Assembly: GCA_030141605.1 (NCBI GenBank)
Contig: JAQGDQ010000518.1
Location: 62,001 to 126,000, forward strand
Origin: Tubiluchus corallicola
Lineage: Eukaryota; Animalia; Priapulida
DNA: 64,000 bases
Direction: 5' to 3'
Under the pieces are notes generated by a model. That model was not told the DNA's origin. It saw nothing but the letters and a program-made list of their open reading frames with translations, and searched no databases. Shown here one piece after another: positions 28,384-40,300 of the stretch; positions within the stretch are counted from its first letter, which is position 1; each line of letters starts with the position of its first letter. Made by a program: the position numbers and the translations under genes.

Positions 28384-31300
28384 TGTATGTATGTATGTAT
28401 GTATGTATGTATGTATGTATGTATGTATGTATGTATGTATGTATGTATGTATGTATGTATGTATGTATGTTTTAAAAGCATTAAGAGTTTCAACAACTTA
28501 ATAACACTTATGACAGCCCAGTTACAAGAATATCACATAATTTGTTTTTACGTGTTTCTCAGACATTCTAATTAGGCTGCTGACACACCTTCAAGCTTCC
28601 AGTATCACAAAGTTCCTATTGAAATGTGTAAAGATTCAGTTGAACTTGAAGGCAAACTTTGAGCAACTTTATGAATACATAAAACAAAAGTTGATGTCAA
28701 TTATAATGACAATAAAAACTTACAGAAGCAAAGGAAGAGTGTATCAACTGCCATGCTGTAAACATTGAAGAAGCCAGTTGTTATAACAAATGATCCCACA
28801 GTGATCACCTGTAAACATTGAAGAAACCAGTTGTTATAACAAATGATCCCACAGTGATCACCTGTAAACATTGAAGAAACCAGTTGTTATAACAAATGAT
28901 CCCACAGTAATCACCTGTAAAGTCAAGGGCATAAAATTCGAATTATCTAATCAACTACAATAAGATTCACAGTTTCGCTATGCACACGTGCACTTGCTGT
29001 AGAACAAAGGTTAAGTGAACCCAGCACGTCTTGCTTAGCTACAACGGTCACATGACCTTACGTACGCAACTATATGTAAGTGAAACGGTTCAAAAACGCA
29101 GTTATTTTTAATATAATATTACACGTGCATAATTTTAAAATAACCAGCTATTCTTATCCGAAAACAGCTAGCAAAATAGCAGCAGTAATCCATGTAAAAT
29201 GAAATAAATGAAGCGAAAATTAACACCATGAACTACTACTGATACAATAGCATGGGCTGTGAGGCATTAAAAAGTCTAAGCAAATGCGTTATTTGGTTCA
29301 GATAACATTGTTAGGTTCACTTAACCTTTGACCTTTTCACGATCACAACCAATCGCTGGAAATCTGAAAAAGGCTTATTCATCAAGAGTTTCAGAAAAAC
29401 TATCCTTTTCTTGAACTACTTGATGAAAAAGATTGGCTAAATTAAATGAAACTTTAAAGTGGCAAAATGTATTTTACTCAGTGGCGCTCGTAGTTAAAAT
29501 TACTGGGGTGATACCTCAGAAAATTTTTAGCCATTGTTTTAATCTATGTAAAACGAAACAAACATAACGTAATTATTAATGTTGTAATTTGTAATTGTAA
29601 TTTTAAACAAATAAACATACGAAAATTTATGCATAAACTTGATCCTAAACAAAAAAATTTTTTGCTTACGAATAGCCTAAATTTCGGCATGGTTTTTAAG
29701 CACGTGACAACTGACAACAAACTATGTGAGCGACAGTACCATCTCTACCTAGCAGCAGATGCTAGTAGTGCAGCTTACAGTGTGTTATCTCAGACATGTG
29801 CGCATGCTCATGCACACAACAGCCAGGCACAACACTGTTCTGCACTGTGAAGCAAACAGTACTACCCTCACATGCGCTGGTTCCGTACAAGTATAAAGAA
29901 AGAACAAAAGAAAAAAGAGTTATTATGTTGAATATTATCGATAATATTGAGTGAAAATAGGGGGTACTGCAGTTCCACAGTACACAAGCCACCACTGCTT
30001 TTACTATACTGCTATAAATACACAGTGTATCATTAAGATTTTTGTATGTTCCAAACCTCATTTCCATTCTAATTAGTATATTAACCAATTAGTAACCAAT
30101 AGTACCAATATTAACCAACTAGTAACCAATAGTACCAATATTAACCAATTAGTACCAATATTAACCAATTAGTAACCAATAATACCAATATTATAAAGAA
30201 CAGCATTGCTATTAAATTTAAAAACAAATCACAAATCTGATAGTAATAGTGCTGATGGCAGTGGTAATGCTAGCATTAAGGTAGTAGCAACATTCTTCCA
30301 GTGCTGAGGTATTCCGAATCATTCTCTTTTTACAAGTGCAAACACACCCGGTGTTTCTACTTTCATACATTTGTCTATTATACTAATGAGCACAAGTATA
30401 GCAATGAAAGTTGTTCAGTTTTTACATTTTCCCGTCAAAAAGTTAACAGCCTTATGTTTTTAACTGAGAATGTGAGAAAGCAAACCTGTAATGCCATTCA
30501 GGGGCATAATTCAAGGCATAACCAATACTTGGTTTGTCAGTTACTTAACCAGTTGTACTCAACAAGTCAGATGTAACAATTGTCTGTCAGGTATACAAAC
30601 TATGAAATGTGGTGCTCCTCAGGGTTCCATATTGGGACCCCTGTTATTCTTGCTTTACATAAATGATTTAAGTAACTTATTACACAACTCGAATATATTT
30701 CAGTTTGCTGATGACACAACTTTATTTCTCAATCTGTATTATTGTAGTTTGCCTGTTTGCTGGTGAAATAAAGTGAATTTGAATTTGAATGGTGCAATGG
30801 TAAATCGTAATTCATACATAAAACAACTCATACGTTGCCACATTATGTAATGGCTAATACATTTAGCACAAAATGCAAGAAATACTCAATATAAAAGCAT
30901 GCATTTGAACCTAACTTCTTGCTGTAATATTTTATTATAACTGAACTTTCATACTTACAATCACAGGCATGAAGAAATAATTTAATGTAGGAACAGTGTA
31001 ACCGATCTCATCTACATAACTATCAAGCGCCCCACTGAACAAGAGAAAAGAGGTTACACCTAAAGACGAAAGAATCATGCAGATTAGTAGGTATACAAGA
31101 GGCACCAGCCTTTACAGAAAAGTGCAATAAAAGATTACTGCATTTTTAAAGACACATCACCATGTTCAGCAAAGACAGAGTTAGTACAGCAGGATATATT
31201 TTAATAATGACAGTCAACTTCACAAACATAATATGTGTGCTTGCATAGCAAAATCGTCAATAAGTCAGCGTTAAACTTTTCTATTTATTTACATATCCTG

Positions 31301-34300
31301 AATTTCCATTTCATGAGGATAATTTTGATACCAAGCTCATCGCTCTATGATATTTCTAAGCTGAAATAATCCATGTTGAAATTGAGGTGCAGGCTACATA
31401 CTGAAAAACATAACATTGAGAAAGTCGCAGTTAAAGTTAGCCATTGTTTTGTGTCGCATTTCTACAAAACACTTAGCAACCTCGCAAATCTTGATTGCTA
31501 TGGACTTTGCAAGAACACAAGGAAGTTATGTTTAAATCCAGTAGGTAGCTCTTCTTGATGAAGATCTTGGCTTAGCAACAGAAAAACGGGAAGCAAAATG
31601 ACTGCTCCGAGTTACTATCAGAGTTTGAAAATACAAGTTTTTTACAATTGCAGTACTAGTTTCTAGCCAGGAAAGTGGATACAGAGTTACAAAATTAGAT
31701 TTTTAGTATTTTTGAACATTTTCTTGATAATTTGATGCTAGAATATAAAAATCCAATATATTTAGCGATTGTTTTTATACTTGACTAAATTTTTTGAGCT
31801 TTCTACTTTGAAGCATCATAATGTAGTTTCAGCTATGCCGACTGATGGATGGTTTTGGTTTGCAAGCACTCATATAATTTAACTTAGTAAGACATGCCTA
31901 GTAAACAGCATTAGATGGGAGGTTACAATTTCCGTTATGCACAATTAGAGTTACATTGAGAATCTGTCACTTCGTAGGAAATTGAATGTAAAGTGACAAT
32001 GATTTAGACAAGAATAACTTAATTAGAATTGAACCGCCAGTCACGTAGTAACTGCATGTATAGTGGCAATGAAATGGCAAAAACGAGCAGGTAGATTGTG
32101 TGTGCCCTGATTTTGCTGTGATTTTTGTTTGGCAAGCCTACTAAGAGAAAGAAAAATATAACTCAACTTCATTAATATAAATTAAAGAATACAAAACACA
32201 AAATTTATGCAACATTAATTCTCAGTTATAAGTGCTTATCAGCTGTAGTTTCATTAAAAATATGATTTGTGGCTAATATGTGTTAATTAATATTTAAAGT
32301 ATTTCGGAATTCATTTCATCATGGTATCAGAAGAGTTAGAAAGTTCGCTACTCCAAAAGGACCTCATTCCACAATAAATACATTTACAAAATTGTGGTAA
32401 TTTAACATTTTTACGTGACCAATCTTTGTTATCAGCAAAATACATTTAATTCAGTAAAACTGCAGAACCATAGCAAATTATCAACATGCAAACCTAAACA
32501 AACACCAAGATGCAACTTTTACATACTAAGTTAAGCGGGGAAATCTACATATAGTAAACATACACTCATATCTCGGTTTGCCGGACCTCACTTTTACGGA
32601 TATGAGAAGAATCGGACAAAAATCTGGACAGTTAAAATGTCTCGCATGCTACGGACACAGCCCGTCGTTTCGTGAGCTGGCCGCTAGTTGGGGAGCCGTC
32701 ACTTTGTTTATATTGTTACATCAGTGTAACCAAGCAGCATATAAGTCAACTGCCGACAGTTTTTATATACTTTTGCACAGGAGCAGCCAGTGCTAGGCGT
32801 TTTTGAAACAATTAAGCGACTGATTCTATATTACCATGAGTGTAATACATGGTGCCTACTGTATTAGATTAGTATCCGTAACTACGGATAATCGGCAAAT
32901 TCTGACCGACATCTCCCTGCTTTTGTCCAGCAAACCGAGATATGAGTGTACATTAAATTTGCTAACCTATGTAAGTACAAGCAAAAAGAAGTCAAATAAC
33001 AAATGTACTTTACTCAATGGACTCAAAATACATTACTACTTGATGCACAATTCACAACTGAGTGCAACTGTATACTAATGTTGTGCAATAAAGGTACTTA
33101 TTTCTAAACTGAATTTGAAGTAAAACATGATAACGTATCCTCAAGAGCATGTCATACTGTAGGCATCTACTGTATTTTGATATCGACCTAGTTACGTTTG
33201 TGATTATACAAGCACAGTGTTATAGTAAATGCATCAGGAAGGCTTTAGTTTATGCAGTATTTGTTAGAACAAAAATCTCTTCATGCAGAGATTAGTCACT
33301 CATGCACTAGAAGCTAATTAGTGAAAAACAATAGAATGTTACGGAAGAGGAATCCATTGAAGCCAGTTAGTGCAAAATGCTGGGAACACAGCATGCATTG
33401 TACTTACAATGGCCGGCGCCCAAGGAAAATGTAACTTGGGGCTGAATGGGGCCAGCAAGGTCAAATCCTTGGGAATGATTTTACCGTTGAAGTGGTAAAA
33501 TGATAACAGTCCTATCACATATAAAAATGGTTAAGAAGGTATTCAGAACTTGACTGTCTAACACTAATTTAATACTGATTTACGTAAACAATAGTTATGC
33601 TGATTTACGTAAACAATAGTTATGCTGATTTACGTAAACAATAGTAATGCTGATTTATGTAAACAATAGTTATGCTGATTTACGTAAACAATAGTAATGC
33701 TGATTTATGTAAACAATAGTTATGCTGATTTATGTAAGCAATAGTTATGCTGATTTACGTAAACAATACTTATGCTGATTTATGTAAGCAATAGTTATGC
33801 TGATTTATGTATGCAATAGTTATGCTGATATATGTAAACAATAGTTATGCTGATTTATGTAAACAATAGTTATGCTGATTTATGTATGCAATAGTTATGC
33901 TGATATATGTAAACAATAGTTATGCTGATTTATGTATGCAATAGTTACGCTGATATATGTAAACAATAGTTATGCTGATATATGTAAACAATAGTTATGC
34001 TGATATATGTAAACAATAGTTATGCTGATTTATGTACACAATAGTTATGCTGATTTATGTATGCAATAGTTACGCTGATATATGTAAACAATAGTTATGC
34101 TGATATATGTAAACAATAGTTATGCTGATTTATGTAAACAATAGCTATGCTGATTTATGTAAACAATAGTTATGCTGATTTATGTATGCAATAGTTATAC
34201 TGATATATGTAAACAATAGTTATGCTGATTTACGTAAACAATAGTTAACCACACTGTCGGTACTAATTTCACAAAACAATCAACAAGTGCCAGAGAAGTG

Positions 34301-37300
34301 TTGAAAAATAACACAGTTGTTTAGAAGATATAAGTAGTCATTCATAATCAAATGTTAATTAAATAAGTCGTATGTGCAATACAAACAATTCACACCGTGT
34401 TTAGTTTGAGATATTAAAAATCATTATCAGAGTGACTGGAAACAATTTTAGATCACTGAAATTCAACAATACGTCCAGAAAAGTAAAGACTGCATCCATG
34501 CCTCTCATATTTGCAAGTTTTAAAAACAAATAATTCTTAAAGTGCATAATTTTGTCACTGTATCAAAACTAAATTATAAAACTGGAAGAACTGAAACGTA
34601 CCTAAACCAGCAACAATCATAACTTTCCCTATGAAAAGCAGAAAATCTGTCACACTGTCCAAAACAATCACCCTGAAATAGAATTATTAATTTTAAATTA
34701 GCAATAATACATTGAACCAGGTCTGGCTTCGATTACAATTACAATCGATTACAATCATGGTCAAGTATACAATCTGCTATAATTATAATCCTAATCGCAT
34801 TTGTAAAAGGCAAAAAAAATCATATTCGTAATGTAGTCTAATAATTGATATAATCATCTTCTGTTATCAGTTTATACAGAATAATCCCAAGCTTTATTAA
34901 ACTTATGCTAATAAAATAGTTATTTCGCAAAAATGCAAATGAAAGAATTTAGACTCTTGCAAATTAACATAGAATAGAACGTACACTGAGAAGATATGAC
35001 ATCAGTTTAAGCTTTCTGCTTTGCCTTTAGAATACTAATATAAATTGAAACCTTTTTCATATTTAAATAACTACAGCTATAACTAAATAAATAAAAAAAT
35101 CATGTTAAAATATATGCTTTAGTTTTACTTTTCATTGCAATGATGAAAACTAGGCTCTACATCACACACATTACCATTCACTTAAAAGTCTACGTGAGTT
35201 AAACAAATAACAGTATCAAAAACTGTTAAATGCATTTCTCTTAGTTTTAAATGGAATAATTAATGTAACCATAATTGTAATCTTATCCACATAATCAAAA
35301 TTGTAATTGTAATCATCACTTTGTTAAGCAATCATAATCGTAACCATAGTGTATAGTGGTGCTATCAGGGCATAAATGTAAACACAATCATACTCCTCTA
35401 ACGGTAATTGATCCCAGGCCTGCCTTTTAAACTAGCACTAAGTGAAAGTGCTTAGAGATTCATTAATAACATTTTAAAGGTTCATCAAAGAAAAAGCCAA
35501 ACATCAACAAAAAAACAAAAACAAATTAAACGATTTTGAGTCTCAAAATAAAAAGTCATCCTAAGATAAAGTTGACATATCACAGTGTTTCACACTTTAT
35601 AGGTTTTAGGATGCAGTGTGCTTCAAAGATCTCACCACCTGAATTCACTTGTCAGTTGATGTGCGAGACACCCGATGCTGAAGACAGTGTCATAGATATA
35701 AATGCTGCAAAACTGCTAATAACCACAGTGCAGAATCATTGTCTATCAAAGACAACCGGTAAAGATGTGACACACTTCCAGCTGAAGTGGTACTTACAGC
35801 AAACTAGAAAGGCCAGGAATGTTCACACAGTGACACACAGTTTCATCATTCAAAAATTTCAGTAGGTTTTTCTTCCGCTTTTCTTATCGCAGTTGTTGAT
35901 GGTTTTTGATGAATGCAACTTTTGCAAGTTAAATTATAGTTATATAATAAATATGACAGTGCGCTGGAGATGTACATAAATCGATACGACAAAATACTTA
36001 AAAATTAAAAGTCAGATGTTAGCAGATAAATAATAGAGATTTTACCTGATTATATTTCTCATTAGAAGGTTAAATGCATGCTTGGCTGATGTGCAAAAGC
36101 TTTTCCCGTAAATAGCAATCTGTAAAAAGCACAAAGAGACATGGAAAAATGGAAAGTAACTGAAGGACATTTTGGTTTTGAGAAAAAACCTCAAAAGCAA
36201 CAGTGTGACTTCTGATAGTACCAAAAGACAATTTACCAATATTTATGTATATTACTTTATACAAAAACAGTATAGGTAACAAATGTCTTATATATAACAG
36301 ATTTGTTGAAAACAAACTTATGGTTTCCTGGTAATGAAATTAAAACTCATCAGTCATTACCTTGGTTAATAAAATTAAAAGGGAGTGCCAAGTGAACCAT
36401 TTCTCATAATTCTCATTGACAAACCAAACCATTTAATACCATATCATATCATATATTTATAACGTACAATAAAATAACTGATTAGACGAAGCATAACAGT
36501 CAATGTGTACAACGCACTATAAAGCAGTATGGGTACAGCATGGGCCAGTGAATGATTACCATGCTCACTTAAAGGATGCGATTCTTCTTATATCAGGTGG
36601 TGCAAAAAAAGTGTCAAATTTTTTATCACAATATTATAGGACGGAAGTAACGGAATTCCTTGAAAATTACTACACTGATACAACTATAGCAGACGCCTAT
36701 GTATAAACATCAAAAACTTCAGGTCATTGCCTTATATTTCAAAGATGAAAAAGCTTTAAATTAACAAGTCAAAAAAATACATGCCGGATAAAATTTTGTG
36801 TAACCATTGTTGAGATTTAAGACAAGTGTTCTACTTGTCCACCATTTTTACTACAAACTAGACTAAGGCATTTCTCTTAACAACTGACATAGTTTCATCA
36901 TTGTTTAAAGGTTATTTGGTCCCAGCATGCAACAATTTTTGCCTTTAGTTCCTGTGCATCAAACAGCTCTGTGCAGCTGCCGTACACTTTCTCTTTAAGG
37001 GAATTCCAGATAATACAGTCCAGAGGATTAAGTCCCATATTTTCTTGGCAACAAATCTTTATCAATACTTTATTTTTTCTGGTGAAGACCATGACGTAAA
37101 CTGGTTCATTGCCTTATTGTTTTGCCCCATACATTGAGAGGCTTATATGTCACTGAACGTGGCTTTTTTCAGTTGATGATTTGCTGACATTGTTCAGGCA
37201 TTTAAATTTTTAACAGTGGTGCAAAAACTTTTTGGCTGTAAATTAAAAACTGTTAAACCGATAAACTTGTAGCTTTCACAGCCAAAAGCTAATATACTGC

Positions 37301-40300
37301 AGTATGAAGCTGTAAAAATTCAACTTTGCAGGGCACTTGCTTTTAAACTATTGTATTTTAAGTTTTCGTCACATTCTTTCTGTGCCCCCCTTAATTTAGA
37401 ACTTTTCAAGCAATCAAATTACCCTTGCCAGTACAGCGAACTCTGTATTCTTTTATACTCTCTACATATGCTTGAACACTGCTGTGAAATATGAAGAGTA
37501 ATCTGATTACTTTATACAAAAATGAACCCCGTTTTAATTTCGACCCAATTAATAAAGTAGGAAAAAAGTCAAAATGATTAAATACTATTACACGCCTAAC
37601 TTAGGATATGTGTAAATGCAAAACCGTATAAGAAAAAGAACATACAAAAGCAAGACTAAGTTTGATACCATTATGTACGCATTCTTGTTAAGAAACTTTA
37701 AAAACTTCTCCAAGCACCAGAAGAAACATCGCAGGCACTTTAGGCAGAATCTAGCTATTGTATTCTCAGCACCACGGAGCTTATAGTCCAGGTATTCAAG
37801 TAAAACTCGAAACATTCTCACTATGGCTATTAATAACGATCCAAATGCTAAAGAACCCAAATGATACCTGAAAAATATACTTGCCTCATTATAATTTTGT
37901 GTGCAACAAACAAAATTAATGCAGAATTAGTTTTGTGCACAACATAATGTATGATGTATTGTAATATATATACACATTTATGAGCAGACTACAAAACACA
38001 AGACATTACTTCAATAGACTAAAAAAACTCAGAATCAAAAATCTTAATCAGTATCATCAAAAAATGTAGCAACATCTGATTTCCAGTAACATTTAACATA
38101 GCTATTGTTATAAAAATCTTAAAAGACAATCAATGTATAAGAATTTAATTATTATTGGCATATACATTACTTTAGAATGACATACACATAACAAAACAAC
38201 AACAAAATACGAAAGTATAAAACAGAGCTATTACGTTACAGCTATAGAGCCAGTTTCTGTATGATGCAATTTCTTTCATGACAGTAAACTATATCAAAGT
38301 GTTTACACTACCTGTTTTGCCTTCTACCAAACTCATCAATGAAGTAACAGGTTGATGTAGCTTTAAATTGCACTCACGTACATGTTTAGATCACATAAGA
38401 GCTTTGAATCAGCATACCGTAATGCTCTTCCTAAAGCAGCCGATACCGGCATCGCAGGAACGTCTTTAGGCTTCTTCCACGCCCAGTACCAAGATGCAAA
38501 TGCCCCAGCAAGTGTCATCTGTCCCAGTGCAATGATGAAGAATATCAACCAAAACCACATGAAACCATTGTAGATTTGAAACCAAAAGATGTTTCTATAC
38601 AATGAGAATGATTGAGGTAAAATTTTGATGAAATAACAGGCAGTACATGGAGTTCCGTGAACGAGTTAAATTCTGCCATTAGACATTTGACGTAGATGTA
38701 CAAACATGATGCACATGAACACCATCGCATAACCGTGGAAAGCTGCTTAACTCCTTCAGGACCGCACCATTCAAAACAGATCTATGACTTATCTGCTACT
38801 GTATGAACACAGACATAACTAAATGATTACAAATTAGGTATTGTTCTATTCAAGGGAATCTCGGCTATCCAATCACACTATTTGTTTAGACATTTATAAA
38901 TGATTTAGTTGGATAAAATTTAAAAAAACACACCGTTTTCAGGCACTCCAACCAAGCGGATTGAGCAGCTTAGTCAGATGTACACTTATGTGATCATACA
39001 CACTAATTTTTTGATCGGCTGTTTACTACAACCCAAGGGAACAGTCTGCTGTACAGAGCACCAGGAAAAGCCAATTGATTAACCAAGGAGAAATTAAGGT
39101 AATTTCATCTTTTAGCAGAAATTTCTCCTTAAAAGTAGAGTAGACTTGAGGCCAAGGTGTATCAGAATGTTGTGTCTGGATAGTTGAAATTTTCTGCATT
39201 AACCGATTTCAAACAAGTGCTACTGTACATTGGTATAGCGCAAACACTGCAGTTACCAAAAAAAAAAATTTCCACTTTTTTAACAAAAATCAATTTGTAA
39301 TTTGTCTAAAGTAAGCAAATGCATTTCACGCATAATTTTGCATGAAAGTCAATCGTGTGAGGAGTAGAAACCTACAAAAATTATCAAATATAGCATAAAT
39401 GCTGCTTAGCGGAAGCAGTTTTTCATGAACCCATGCAAAATGCAGCAAACGCTTATGATCCTGAAGGAGTAAATGTAAAAAAAATTAAATGAGGCAAGTC
39501 ACTTACTGTGAGTAGAAATCTCCGCCATATCCAACAAAGATACAATTTGTAGCATTATCATCAGTATACTCCTAAAACATAGTTAATATAATCACTATTG
39601 TCATTGTCATGATTATTGTCATCATTAACATTTCTTGCTTCTCTGCTGTCAAAAATCAAGTTAAGACAGCAATTATAAAACAGCAAAGAAATAGCAACTG
39701 TGGCATGAATGATGATGATCATGAAAAGGTCAAAGGTTAAGTGTATCAGACAACACATTTGTGTACACTTGACAATGCCTCGCAATCCATGCTGTTGTAA
39801 TAGTGACAATTTTAGCGGCAGCTAGAACCTTACCTAGTTCGTTTTTCCTTGTTCTCAAGCAAGATCCTGCCAGTAAATTACTCTATGCACAGACTAGTGC
39901 ATAATCAAGTAAGGTCCAGGCAAAACAACTGAAGTTATTGAACTGATGCAGCTTTGCTTTACATACATCACGTAGTTAAAATATGTTGCTGCGATTCGCT
40001 TAACCTTTGACCTACAGCAACTGTGTGTGCGCGCAACAAAACTGCGAAAAGGCTTATTCTAATGCACCGTGAAAGGTAATGTAAAAATGCCCTTTTAGAA
40101 ACATGCTCTCATTTTAATAAAGTTTTATTACTATCTGTTACAACAGCAAGAGTTAATGCACCTTTGGAAGTTATCAGTAGTAGCTACCATAGTCACAGCA
40201 GCAACAACAGTAATGTCACAAGGGAACTAACTATCAAACATAAAAACATGAAATGGTTAAAAGGCTTCATTCAAGACTGTTCCCCCCATTATATGGAATC

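Noticed and set aside
28922-28928. CCTTGAC, a U12-like branch site before exon 21 acceptor 1
   Set aside because: Both upstream donors are GTAAGT (U2 type), so this is probably coincidental
31373-31558. Apparent paralogous small proteins (with 54911..55120)
   Set aside because: The similarity comes from two copies of a non-coding TIR element
32020-32140. Acceptor-like tttctttctcttagtag between exons 20a and 20b as a third alternative exon
   Set aside because: The translation has no similarity to 20a/20b, there is no good donor, and it runs into a stop
37661-37668. GTATCA donor after exon 17 as a second U12 intron
   Set aside because: It lacks the CCTT of the U12 donor, and the acceptor at 36120 has a normal pyrimidine tract with no CCTTRAC
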